Assembly: GCF_004010195.1 (NCBI RefSeq)
Contig: NC_057719.1
Location: 1,567,736 to 1,616,582, forward strand
Direction of reading: 5' to 3'
DNA from: Chiloscyllium plagiosum
Lineage: Eukaryota
Length of the DNA: 48,847 nucleotides
Position numbers and translations under genes: made by a program. The notes below the pieces were generated by a model. It was not told the origin of the DNA, ran no database searches, and saw only the letters and a list, made by a program, of their open reading frames with translations. Positions 34,266-47,102 of the stretch are shown piece by piece (the stretch's first letter is position 1; every line of letters starts with the position of its first letter).

Positions 34266-35080
34266 ACGTCTTTGAGAGGAGAGTTGCGGAGAAGCTACTA
34301 CTTCTATTGCCAGAATGCAGACCGCGAGACATGATCTTAGAATCCGAGAAATGGCAATCAAGAAAGAAATCAGGAAACAGTTTTCGCACCAACAACTGGG
34401 GACTTGACTGAATCATAGTGGTTAACATCACAACATCAGTGGCTAATCTGGGTCATGTGCTGAATTCATAGGGAAATAAGGTAATAGTCTCTCAGCATGG
34501 AGCCAAGTGGAGTCCCCTAGCTCTTAAAATGTCGTCTTCATATTAAATAGTATGTTTCTCCCCCATCCTGCCAAACTCCCCACCCCTATATTCTTTGATC
34601 CTCATTTTGAGGTGTTGACTGTTGTGGTGCAATATCATTGACTCAGGCTGTAGACCAAAACCACTTTAATTAAGGATGGTGTACAATTATCTCCACTCCT
34701 TCCCCACCACCAACTCCCCTCGCCCTGGATATTCCCATTGTAGCCCAGCTGTGATCAGCTAATTTGACAGTCTGGGGATTTAAACCAGTGACAGGTTTAG
34801 GCAGCAGACAGGCATATTATTTGTGAAATAGACACTGAACCAGCAACACAGGAGTGCAGTCACTTAAAAGAAAAATGAAAGTGTTATTACAGAGCTAAGT
34901 GATTGGAATTGAGTACTCTGAGATAAAGAGCGGCTTGCTCTTTCTTTAATCATACACCATCATTAGTAAAATAATCCTATTTACAGGATTTATAAACCAC
35001 TTCAGAAGAACAGATGTGTTTGCATATACAGGACTCTGGATCTTCAATAAGTTCAACTCTCTGATAAAAAGAAGGGACAG

Positions 35081-35480
35081 AACTTGCATTTATTGATAAA
35101 ACACATTTTGTAACCTCATTGTCTCCCAAAGTGTTTGAAGTCAATACACAACTTTTGAAGCGGTCACTATTTTGATGCAGGAACCAAAGGAGTCAGTTGC
35201 TCTCAGCAAGGTTTGAATAAAGGCAATGTGATAAATGACCAGCGAGTTGGTTTAATGTTGATGAATGTTGGTCAGGATGCTCCTCCATGGAACAGATTAT
35301 GTTCCCTTCCAGTGACAACAAATGAGAACCCAGGTCTAACCTGGTGCATTTGAAAGATGGCGTGTGTGGAAATGCAGCACTCCTTTGTAATGCACTAGGG
35401 CATTAGCATGGATTATCTATTCAAATCTTTGGAATGGGGACTTGTGCCCACATCTTCTCACCGTCACATGTACACACTCA
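35081..35480 (-). mobile_element. Decayed DeuSINE/SacSINE-like SINE
   Basis: Similar to 16985-17310 (ACTTGCATTTA end, CCCAAAGTG, GCAGCACTCC). Confidence 0.6.
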
Positions 35481-36809
35481 CTGAGTAATTGTTGGGGAAC
35501 ATAGTGTATTTTCAAACTGTTTTTGTATATGTTTTTCAAAAATTGGTACATTGACAGATGAGTTATTTTTCCCTTCCTGCTTAGATCCCTAGACCGTTAC
35601 AGTTGCTGAGTGTTCTATTGCCCAAGCATCAAGTTAGCAGCTATTGGCTGCCTGCGAGCTTGCAGTGCAGTGGTATCCTGTTCCTGTCTGTGTGCAGCAG
35701 GATATGCACACATTTGGGTGTTACTGAGTTAAATTCAGGAGTTGGAATCATCCCCGCACTCAGCACAGATAGGAACCAAATCCAAGATGTGTTCAGTCCT
35801 TCCGGCTGTCACTGAGCTGATTTCGTCTTTTTGTGCCTAGAAATATGTGTCAATAGCTACTAGTACTGAGATTTCATGTATTCCTCTGCATTGAAATTCC
35901 ATAATTCCAAGAATTTGTTCACGAATTATTGCAAAACTGACTAAAAGTGAAACAATTCGCTACGTTATGAATTTCTTTGTTACAGTTGTGTAGCACTTTG
36001 TGTCAGGAGAGGAGGAGGCAGTAATGTTGGTCTTTCCAACTCTATTAATTCCATACTTGTTCAAAGAGCAGCTTTGTATCCATCTCTTCTCAGTATCCTT
36101 CTTTGACGTCTAATCTCACTAACTAGATAAAAATGAGAAACCCTGCTTAGCTGTTTTTTAAAATGTATTCACTGGTTGTGGGCATTGCTGGCTGGGCCAG
36201 CATTTATTGCCCATTCCTTATTGTCCTTGAGAAGGTGGTGGTGATCTGTTGTCTTGAATTGCTGTAATCTTCAGATATGCTAATATAACTGTGCTGAGCA
36301 TGTATTTTTCACTTGCTTTAACCTGCGTCCCAATAGCCTACTATGTTTTAACTTGAAATAAGGGAAATACTGTTTTGATCACTGACCAGAAATTGAAGTG
36401 GGCCAGTCATGTTGTTATGATCCCAGCCAATATTATTGCTGGTCAACTAAAATCAAAGTACTGTGGATACTGGAAATCTGAAATGTGAACAGAAAATGCT
36501 GGAGAAACCTGACAGTTCTGACAACATCTGTGGAGAGAGAAACAGAGTTAACATTGGAGTCTAGTGTGATTCTTCAAAGTACCAAAGACTGGACTCGATC
36601 AATGGTATATTCTCTGCCTGGGATGAGTACTGCTCTAACAACAATAAAATCAGGATGAAAAGGAATTTATGGTGGTGATGTTCCCATTGTTCTCCTGCTC
36701 TTGTCCTTCTAGATGATATAGGTTGTGGGTTTGCAGATGCTAAAGAAAGCAGAGTAGACTTTGGAGAAGTAGAATTCATATCAGGGAATTCCTGTTTCAG
36801 TTCAGAGGA

Positions 36810-37200
36810 AATCCAGGCAGAGACTAGATAGGCTTGGATTGTTTTCTTCAGAATAGAGAAGACCGAAGGGGGGCATGATTGAGTCGTATAAGATTATGAG
36901 GGGTATGGACAAGGTGAATAAAGAGCAGGTGTTCCCCTTGGTTGAAGGGTCAGTCATGAGAGGGCATCCTTTTCGGGTAAGGGACAGGAGATTCAGAGGG
37001 ATTTGGAAAATAAAAAGCTTTTTTCACCCAGTGGGTGGTGGGAATCTGAATACACTGCCTTGGAAGGTAGTGGAGGATGGAAACCTCACAACCTTGAAAA
37101 AATATTTGGATGAGCAATTCAAATATCAGAACATTCAAGGATATGGGACAAACGCAGGAGATTGAGATTAGCGCACTTTTAAATGGTAGTTGTTGATGCA
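36810..37200 (+). mobile_element. CR1 3' fragment; its tail resumes at ~39038-39085
   Basis: MIESYKIMRGMDKV...LKKYLDE motif. Confidence 0.75.
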
Positions 37201-39037
37201 GAGTCATAGAGATGTACAGCACAGAAACAGACCTTTCAGTCCAACTCGTCCATGCCAACCAGATATCCCAATACAATCGAGTCCCACCTGCCAGCACCCG
37301 GCCCATATCCCTCCAAACCCTTCCCATTCTTATACCCATCCAGGTGCCCTTTAAATGTTGTAATTATACCAGCCTCCACCACTTCCTCTAGCAGCTCATT
37401 CCATACACGTACCACCCTCTAAGTGAAAAAGATGCCCCTTCGGACTCTTGTATATTTTTCCCCTCTTACTCTATAATATGCCCTCTAATCCTGGACTCCC
37501 CCACCACAGGGAAAAGACCTTGATTATTCACCCTCTCCATGCCCCTCATGATTTTATAAACCTCTATAAGGTCACCCCTCAGCCTCCAATGCGCCAGGGA
37601 AAACAGCCCCAGCCTGCTCAACCTCTCCCTATAGCTCAAATCCTCCAACCCTGGTGACATCCTTACAAATCTTTTCTGAACCCTTTCAAGTTTCACAACA
37701 TTCTTCCGACAGGAAGGAGACTAGAATTGCACGCAATATTCCAAAGTGGCCCTGTACAGCCGCAACATGACCTCCCAACTCCTGTACTCAATACTCTGAC
37801 CAATAAAGGAAAGCATATCAAACACCATCTTCACTATTCTATCTAATTGTGACTACTTTCACAGAGCTCTGAACCTGCACTCCAAGGTATCTTTGTTCAG
37901 CAACTCACCTAAGTGTATAAGTTCTGCTAAGATTGATTTCCCAAAATGCAGCACCACACATTTATCTGAATTAAACTCCATCTGCCATTTCTCAGCCCAT
38001 TGGCCCATCTGATCAAGATCCCGTTGTAAATCTGAGATAACCTTCTTTGCTGTCCACTACACCTCCAATTTTGGTGTCATCTGCAAACTTACTAACTGTA
38101 ACTCTTATGCTTACATCCAAATCATTTATATAAATGACAGAAAGCAGTGGACCCAGCACCGATCCTTTTGTTACTCCACTGGTCACAAGTCTCCAGTCTG
38201 CAAAGCAACCCTCCACCACCACCCTCTGTCTTCTACCTTTGAGCCAGTTCTGTATCCAAATGGCTAGTTTCTCTGTATTCCATGTGATCTAACTTTGCTA
38301 ACCATCTTCCATGGGGAACCTTGTCGAATACCTTACTGAAGTCCATATAGATCACATCTACTGCTCTGCCCTCATCAATCCTCTTTGTTACTTCATCAAA
38401 AAACTCAATCAAATTTGTGAGACATGATTTCCCACGCACAAAGCCATGTTGACTATCCCTAATCAGTCCTTGCCTTTCCAAATACATGTACATCCTGTAC
38501 CTCAGGATTCCCTGCAACAACTTGCCCACCACCAACATCAAGCTCATGGTCTATAGTTCCCTGGTTTGTCCTTACCACTCTTCTTAATCAGTGCACCACG
38601 TTAGCCAACCTCCAGTCTTCTGGCACCTCACCTGTGACTATTGATGATACAAATATCTCAGCAAGAGGCCCAGCAATCACTTCCCTAGCTTCCCACAGTT
38701 CGAGGATGCACCTGATCAGGTCCTGGGGATTTATCAACTTTTATGTGTTTCAAGACATCCAGCACTTCCTCCTCTATAATATGGACATTTTTCAAGATGT
38801 CACCATCTATTTCCCTACATTCTATATCTTCCATGTCCTTTTCCACAGTAAATGCTGATGCAAAATACTTGTTTAGTATCTTTCCCCATCTGCAGCTCCA
38901 CACAAGGCAGCCTTGCTGATCTTTGAGGGGCCCTATTCTCTCCCTAGTTTCCCTTTTGTCCTTAATGTATTTGTAAAAACCCTTTGGATTCTCCTTAACT
39001 CTATTTGCCAATGCTATCTCATGTCCCCTTTTTGCTC
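37200..39037 (-). mobile_element. CR1 LINE ORF2 fragment with 3' end
   Basis: [38 protein letters not shown] and SQHGFVRGKSCLTNLIEFF motifs. Confidence 0.93.
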
Positions 39038-39312
39038 GAGTCAATGGGTCTTTTCTGCGCTGTATGACTCCATGAATCTATGAATGTAGAAGACTCCTCA
39101 GGAGAGTGCGGTTTCACCCGTGGCCTAATATGAGAGGGAAATCTTATCTATTTGATTCCATCATATGTGTTTTCTCCATCTGCTACAGCACAAATCAGCA
39201 GAGATGCGTGACCGGGCTATCTTCTCATGAATGGATGTCGTAAAGAGTTAGAGAAGATATTTGAATACTAAGACGTCAGCAGAATCCTGCAGATGCTGGA
39301 AGTCTGAAATAA

Positions 39313-39627
39313 AGGCGGCACAGTGGCTAGCACTGCTGCCTCACAGCGGCAGAGACCCAGGTTCAATTCCCACCTCAGGCAACTGTCTGTGTGGAGTTTG
39401 CACATTCTCCCCGTGTCAGTGTGGGTTTCCTCCGGGTGCTCCGGTTTCCTCCCCCAGTCCAAAAATATACAGATTAGGTGAATTAGCCAAGCTAAATTGC
39501 CCGTAATGTTAGGTGAAGGGGTAAATGTAGAGGAATGGGTCTGGGTGGGTTGCTCTTTGGAGGGTCGGTATGGACTTGTTGGGCCGAAGGGACTGTTCCC
39601 ACACTGTAAGTAATCTAATCTAATCTA
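39313..39627 (+). mobile_element. HE1-type SINE with (TAATC)n tail, inserted in an older PLE-repeat relic
   Basis: B box GGTTCAATTCC, conserved core, TAATCTAATCTAATCTAA end. Confidence 0.9.
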
Positions 39628-39869
39628 AAAGTGTGAAATGCTGGAAAGGGTCCTCTCAACCTATAACATTAACTTTGTTTCTCTCTCCACAAATGTTGTC
39701 CGACTTGCTGAATATTTCCAACATTTTTTACTTTTATAACATATTTGAATTGTCACCCCTCCCTCTTCGTAAGTAAATCACTTTACAATGAATCATACTC
39801 AGCCTTTTGGTATCTCAACAGCTAAATTGGTGCCGTTGTTATGCAGAGTACACGTCAGTCGAGAAACCC

Positions 39870-40172
39870 TGCAAACCTTTGGCCTTCGCTAATTGTGGCT
39901 TCTTGGTGCAACCCTAATTTCATCACCCCACCATTGATGTCTTTGTCTTTAGTTGCCTGACCTCAAGCTCTGGAATTACATCCCTAAATCGTTCTGTGTG
40001 CCTATCTATATCTCTCCCCTTTTGAGACAATCCTTTAAATTTACCTATTTGGCCAAGGTTTTATTGACTTGTCCAAATACTTCTTTGTAGAACTGAGTTT
40101 TGTTTTCATGACTTTCCTGCGGAGGCACCTTGGGACGTCTTGCTGTGTTATAGGCACTATATAAGTGCAAGT
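39870..40172 (+). mobile_element. L2-like LINE 3' end
   Basis: CCACCATTG..AAGCTCTGGAATT.. region ending GGCACTATATAAGTGCAAGT. Confidence 0.55.
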
Positions 40173-41637
40173 TGATTGTTTCTGAGTATCTCTGCAGTTG
40201 GATGTAACAGAATTCATTGCTCATGGCTAATGACGTTGAAACAGTTTCTTTTAAGATTGGGTTCTGTCCAGGATATTAAGAATTAACTACATTGTACAGA
40301 TGACCACCTTCTCAAGGGTAACCAGGGACAGGCAATTAATGCTGGCCCACTCAGCAGCACCCACATCCCACAAGTGAATAAAACAAATTGTTGAATCAGG
40401 GTTAACTAGAATGAAAATTTGCACCTTCAAGCATTATTGATTCGGTTTCATTCCTACAGTTATCCAGTAGTTTTCATGGTCATTTTCGGTAGTTCTCATT
40501 CACAGATGCCGATATTTATTGGCTTTTTGTTTTATGGTAGATTATTTGCCTGGTTGGGGTTTGTATTGAGTTTTTTGGGTGAGAGTTTGAGAGTGGCATG
40601 TGCTGTCAGTGAAGAAGAGACATCAATTTAAAATAAGGTTTGGAAAAATTGTTTTAGTCAGATAATTTTGTTGAGCATGGAATGTTTGCCACAGGGAGTG
40701 ACTGAGAAAAAGACAATCACTGCTTTTAAGAGAAATTATGGAGAAGCAGAGGGAGATGCAGGCTGTACACACAGCATAGGGTCGTGGAATTAGTTTTGGA
40801 CTGCCCTAGCAAAGAGCTGGTGTATGCATTGCTGTGCTGTAGGCTCCTGTGGTTCCAGTTACTTGCCTGTTCCAGTCAGGATGGCGCTAATAGTGTCACA
40901 GTTGGCCTCAATCACTCCTGGGCCAGGGAAGTGAAAAATCAGCCAGGGTTCATGTCCTCGACTACTATCCAATAGCTTTTGCTGGACACAGAGCTCCTGA
41001 GGGAGGAAGAAAAAAAGCAGGGAATGTTTTTAGAAACTGCTTCTGTACCGTGGAAACCAGATACACAAAATGACATTCATGAAGTGAAACAGGCCTTTCA
41101 TTGAGGTAGGAGCTGAGCTCAAACTCCTGGGATTCTTTGCGTTGGAGCTGGAAACAGGAGTGGCTGTTTGAAAGGGAATATTATAGTGTCTGGTAGAGGG
41201 AGGAAGCTGATGTTGCTTTATGAAAGATTGGTTGTAGCTCATGGTAACTTGTCATTTGAAACTTGATGTTGCAGAGTTTGACCGAGCTCTAAAGATCATG
41301 TAAAATCCGTGTCATTTTGTACATCACATACTCTCATTTGTCTGATTGTGTGCTGTGCCTCCACTCTCATAAAGGATTAGACAAACAGAACTCTGTTCTT
41401 TCAGTCCGGGCACAGCAGAGCAGGCTGTCTGTATCCTAAGTCAGTTTCCATTGGAGACACATAGTTTAAGTAATTTTTTTAAGATGTGTCAGCTGGGACT
41501 TAGTAGCAACCTTGTTGCTAAATCAATGGGTTGTAAGTTCAAATTCCAGTCCAAGACTTGAGTGCAAATTCTAAGCTCACGCTGCAGTGTAGAGCTGAGG
41601 GAGTACTGCACTGTCAAAGGTACTTTCCTCCAGGTGA

Positions 41638-43400
41638 CATAGAGTCATAGAGTTATACAGCACAGAAGCAGACGTTTGAATCCAACATGTCCATGCTGAC
41701 CAGATATCCTAAATTAATCTAGTCCCATTTGCTAGCACCCGGTCCATATCCCTCCAAGCTCTTCCTATTCATGTACCCATCCAGATGCCTTTTTAAATGT
41801 TATGATTGTACCAGCCTCCACCACTTCCTCTGGCAGCCCACTCCATACACACACATCAACCTCTGTTTGAAAATGTTACCCCTTAGGTCCCCTCTCACCC
41901 TAAACCTATGCCCTCTAGTTTTGGACTCCCCTACCCTGAGAAAACAGCATGGCTATTCGCCTTATCCATGCCCCTCGTGATTTTATAAACTTCTATAAGG
42001 TCACCCGTCAGCCTCCCATGCTCCAGGGAAAATAGCCCCAGCCTATTCAGCTTCCAAGCACTCCAAACCTGGCAACATTCTTATAAATCTTTTCTGCTAT
42101 ATCCAGTTTCAAGTTTCACAACAATTTCCATATAACATTGAAAAGTGGCCGAAGCAATATGTTGTACAGCCGCAACCTAACATCCCAACTTCTATACTCA
42201 ATCAAGGCAAGCATACCTTCTTCAATACCTTGTCTACCTGCGCCTCCACCTTCAAGGAGCTATGCGCCTGCACCCCAAGGTCTTTTTGTTCAGCGATGTT
42301 CCCCAGGATCCTCCCGTAAGTATAAATCCTACCCTGAATTGACTTACCAAAATGCAGCACCTCACTTTATCTAAATCAAATTCTTATCTGCCACCCCACA
42401 GCCCACGGGCCCATCTGATCAACGTGACATTATACCCTGAGATAACATTCTTCACTGTCCATTATGCCAGCAATTTTGGTGTCATCTACAAACTTACTAA
42501 CCATTACTCCTATATTCAAATCCAAATCATTTATATAAATGACAAAAAGTAGTGGACCCAGTACTGATCCTTGCAGCATTCCATTGGTCACAGGCCTCCA
42601 GTCCAAAATACAACCCTCCACCACCACCCTCTATCTCTTTTGAGCCAATTTTATATCCAAATGGCTAGTTCTCTGTGGATTCCATGTGATCTAATCTTGC
42701 TAACCAGTCTTCAGTGCAGAACCTTGTTAAACACCTCACTGAAGTCCATATCAACAACATCCACGATTTTGCCTTCAATCTTTTGTCACTCCTTCAGAAA
42801 ACTCAATCAAATTAGTAAGACAAGATTTCCCACAAACAAAGCCATGTTGACTATATGGATGTAAGTTAGCTTGCTGAGCTGCAAGGTTTGTTTTCAGATA
42901 TTTCGTCCCCATGACTAGGTATCATCATCAGTGAAAGTATGATGATGTTACTTAGTCATTGTCAGGAAACGTCTGAAAACAAACCTTCCAGCTCAGCGAG
43001 CTAACTTAAATCCATAATATCAACTGAAGCTACAAATCTCAAAAATGGCTACCATATTGCCTATCCCTACTCAGTCCTTACCTTTCCAGATACATGTAAA
43101 TCCTGTCCCTCAGGATTCCCTCCAACAGCTTTCACCATTGATGTCAAGCTCACTGGTCTGTAGTTCCCTGGCATATCCTTACCAACTTTCTTTAAAAAAA
43201 AATGGCACCACATTAGCCACCCTCCAGTCTTCCAGCACCTCACCTATCGCTATTGATGATACAAATATCTCAGCAAGGGTCCCAGCAATCTCTTGCCCAG
43301 CTTCCTGTAAAGTTCCAGGTAACACCTAATCACATCCCAGGGATTTATCCAACTTTATGCATTTTAAGATGTCCATCCCCTCCTATGTAATATGGACATG
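41638..43400 (-). mobile_element. CR1 LINE ORF2 fragment with 3' end, interrupted at 42855-43050
   Basis: [18 protein letters not shown] and SKFVDDTK motifs; tail at 41638-41655. Confidence 0.9.
42855..43050. mobile_element. Fold-back PLE element of a third family (C) with hammerhead motifs on both strands
   Basis: Arms ~42854-42930 and ~42940-43016. Degenerate TSD CCATGTTGACTAT (42842-42854) / CCATATTGCCTAT (43052-43064). Minus strand CACTGATGATGATACCTAGTCATGGGGACGAAATATCTG. Confidence 0.82.
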
Positions 43401-44149
43401 TTAAATAAAGGCTCCACCCTGTCATCTTAAGTGGACTTAAAAGATCTTATGACATCTTTTCGTAGAAGATCAGGGGAGTTATCGTAAGTGTGCTGGCTGA
43501 TGTTGATCCCTCTCTCAACATCACAAGAAACCGATAACCTTTACATTCTCCCAATACTGTTTGCTGTATTCAAATTAATTGCTACATATCCGACAACACC
43601 ACAGCGAATGCACTTCATAAGTACCTCACTGTCCATAATGTCAGCAGTTGGCAGGCTGTAACAAGTGGTGTGTCACATGGATTTAACGCTGGACCTCAAA
43701 TATTTATAATCTATGTAATTAATTTGATGAAGTGGCCAAATCTGTGATCGCTAAGCAAGTTGTGAAGAGGATTTAAGGCAGTGGATCACAAGTGAGTTTG
43801 GGAGCTCTCTTGAAGCTCAGTTACTGGGGAGCTCAAGTGAGTACCAACAGCTGTGAGGTTCCTTCAAATCCTTGAGTTTTGTTTAGGCTGCTGTGGCCGA
43901 ATGAACAAGGTTTTTGAGGCCTGATCACTGTTGCAAAAAAAAAATTGAAAACCATGCATTTCCTTTTATTTTCCCAAATAAAACCCTGCTGTTTAAACAA
44001 ACTCACCCAAATGCTGAACACTTCCCCTTGCCCACTGCTCAGCTGCTAATCCCCAGCTCCCTGCCCAACTCAGGAGGTAAAACAAAACTCCCTAACCCTG
44101 CCAGAGTCGCATGAAATCTGAGGCATTAAAATTGGATCATGCAAGAAAA

Positions 44150-44850
44150 TAAAATTGGGAAGAGTTGATATAAGCAGTCTGCGGAGGAATATTGACAGGT
44201 TAAGTGAGTGGGCAGAGATTTGGCAGATGGTGTTATACTGTGGGAAAGTATCCAATCATCTAATTTAGTTCAGAAAAACAGCAAGCACATTATTTAAAGA
44301 GAAAGAGAGGCCTGTGTGTCCCAGTACCTGAATCACAGGAAGTTTGTACAACAAGTGATTAGAAATGTGAGGGAATTAGAATATAAAAGTAGGGAATGTT
44401 TTACTTTAGTTGTAGAGATCATTGAAGATGACACTTGGAGTATGTGGAGTTGGAGGTTTTGAGCTACAGGGAGAGGCTGAATAGGCAGGGGCTGTTTTCC
44501 ATGGAGGCTGGGGGCTGACCTTATAGAGGTTTATAAAATCATGAAGGGCATGGATAGCCAAAGTCTTTCTCCTAGAGTAGCAGAGTTTAAAACTCAATGG
44601 GGTGTAAGTTTGAGAGGGGAAAGATTTAAAAGGGCCCTGTGGAGTAACTACTTCATGCACAGGAACAAGCTGCCAGAGGAAGTGGTTGAGGCTGGTACAA
44701 AATTTAAAAGGCATCTGGATGGGGACACGAATAGGAAGGATTCAGAGGGATATCACAAATGCTGGCAAATGGGAAGAGATTAATTAATGATGTCTTGGAT
44801 GAGTTGGACCAAAGGGTTTTTTTCCGTGCTGTACATCTGTGTCTATAACT
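44150..44850 (+). mobile_element. Decayed CR1 fragments, including a 3' end
   Basis: NKLPEEVVEAGTKFKRHLD motif. Confidence 0.75.
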
Positions 44851-46109
44851 TTATACTGTGTACAGCTTAGTTTACTTTAATTGAGAAAGGGTGTAATTGT
44901 GTTAAAAACACTGCAGTAAAGTTTCTAGAAGTTAAGCTAGAAGCAAAGATCATTGAAACTCAAGGCAATACAAGACTTACTATTATCCTTGTGAACCTTC
45001 TTTGCACTCTCTTCTAAGACTGGTATGTCTTTCCTAAGCATAATGAAAGAGAAACTCAACAGGTCTGGTAGCATCCATGGAGAAAGAAATGTTTCAAGTG
45101 CAATATGATTCTCCTTTCAACTGAAAGATGCTGGGAACATAAGCAGGAGGATGGAAGGACACAGCAAGCCAGGCAGTCCCAGGGGGTGGAAAAGTCAATG
45201 TTTCGGGTATAACCCTTCTAGGTATGAATATGTAGTAACGTGGGGGTAGAGGAGCAAATGGAACAGATGGTAAAGGTGTCCTGGAACAAAAGGCAAAATG
45301 AGTGCTAATATACTAGAGAGCAGGTGTAGTTGAAAAGTAGGTTTTAATAGCAGAAACTAGGTCAGCTCCACTGAACATAAACACATGCAATTAAGACACT
45401 TGGGGGTTTTGGGGGATAGGGAGGAGGACAGAGGACAGCATGGAGTGATCTAACTTAGTGTCATCTGTGCATTTGGAAACATCCCCTCGCCCAAGTTTAT
45501 TTATATGCTGATAGGTTGAACCCTGAGAAACACAATGTGTCATATCTCTTTACCCCAACTCTATATCCAACCATGTCATAAGGTTGCTTTCAGTTTTGTG
45601 TGCTTTCATTTTTGTGAAAAATCTTTTCATGTTGAATTTTTCAAATTTCTTTTGAGTTCAGCATTCATAACGCACCTTAATCAACTAGGATAGTTATCTT
45701 CTAAAGTAGAGTTAATCTATGCTCACTCACTTTGAATAATTGGTGCTTGTCCAGGAGCTCCACTTCCATCCCTGCTGATGGATTCCAATAACTTTGTTAT
45801 AGCTCATATGAAGCTGAAGTCTGCAGTTACATGATTTATTCTTTAAATAATGAACTGATATTTGCATTTTTAAAAAATCCACATGCACAATTCTTGAATT
45901 TATAGAACTTTGAGAAAAGTTATGCCTGCAGCATCTGCAATTCCCTTACCTAGTTCTTATAATACTCTACAGTGGAGATTATTAGATTCTGGGAAATTGT
46001 CCACCTTAGAGTTCCACTATTTCCTGTAATACTTTTTTATTTTACTTCTATCCTCTAAGCTTCACCTTTTCATTTTGTTTCACTCAAATCCCTTCACTAT
46101 ACAATACTT

Positions 46110-46900
46110 AGAAGGTATAGTTACTAAGTTTGCAGATGACACCAAAATTGGAAGTGTAGGAGATAGTGAAGAAGATTACTTCAGATTACGATGGGATCTT
46201 GATCAGATGTACCAATGGGCCAAGGAGTGGCAGATGGAGTTTAATTTAGATAAATCTGAGGTGCTGCATTCCAGAAAGGCAGGAGTGGTAAGGTTCTGGG
46301 GAGTGTTGCTGAACAAAGAGACCTTGAAGTGCAGGTTCATAGCTCCTTAAAAGTGGAGTCGCAGGTAGGTAGGATAGTGAAGAAGGTGTTTGGTATGTTT
46401 TCCTTGATTGGTCTGACCATTGAGTATAGGCGTGGTAGGTCATATTGTGGCTATACCAGACATTGGTCAAGCCACTTTTGGAATATTGCGTGCAATTCTG
46501 ATCTTCTTCATATCAGAAAGCTCAGGGGTGAACTTATAGAGGTTCATAAAGTCAGGAGGGGCATGGATAGGATAAATAGACTAAAAGTCTTTTCCCTGGG
46601 GTGGGCGAGTCCAGAACTAGAGAGTATAGGTTCAGGGTGAGAGGGAAAAGATATACAAGGGATCTAACGGACAACCTTTTAACGCAGAGGGTGGTGCATT
46701 TATGGAATGAGCTGCCAGAGGAGATGGTAGAGGTTGTACTATTACAACATTTAAAAGGCATCTGGATGGCTATATGAAGAGGAAGGGTTTAGAGGGATTT
46801 GTATCAAGTCCTGGCAAGTGGGACTAGATTAGGTTAGGCAATCTGGTCAGCATGGACGAGTTGGACCGAAGGGTCTGTTGCCATGCTGTACATCTCTATA
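46110..46900 (+). mobile_element. CR1 3' fragment with internal deletions
   Basis: KFADDTKIG and WAKEWQMEFNLDK motifs plus 3' UTR. Confidence 0.85.
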
Positions 46901-47102
46901 ACTACTCTTATTTGACTATGGTTTTATTGTTACCCAATATTGTTTTTTTCTGTGTATGTCCTTTAGATCAATTCTCCTTTACCATTCTCTTTCCTTTAGT
47001 AATTAAGAAATTAGAAATAATCCATTTCAATAAAACCTTTTGTTACCTTTCAGATCCCTTGCATTATCTTTTTGTACTCTGGTTTTCTTTGCATTTCTTA
47101 GA

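Larger units (their letters stand above)
41490..43630 (+). mobile_element. DeuSINE-like SINE split by a CR1 insertion (SINE parts ~41490-41637 and ~43400-43630)
   Basis: Head ...GACTTGAGTGC..GAGGGAGTACTGCACTGTC resumes as GTGGACTTAAAAGATC..AGGGGAGTT. Confidence 0.6.

Noticed and set aside
47043..47090. TTACCTTTCAG|ATCCC as the next BRF1 exon (expected DPCLYIPRF)
   Set aside because: It translates DPLHYLFVL, with no similarity after DP.
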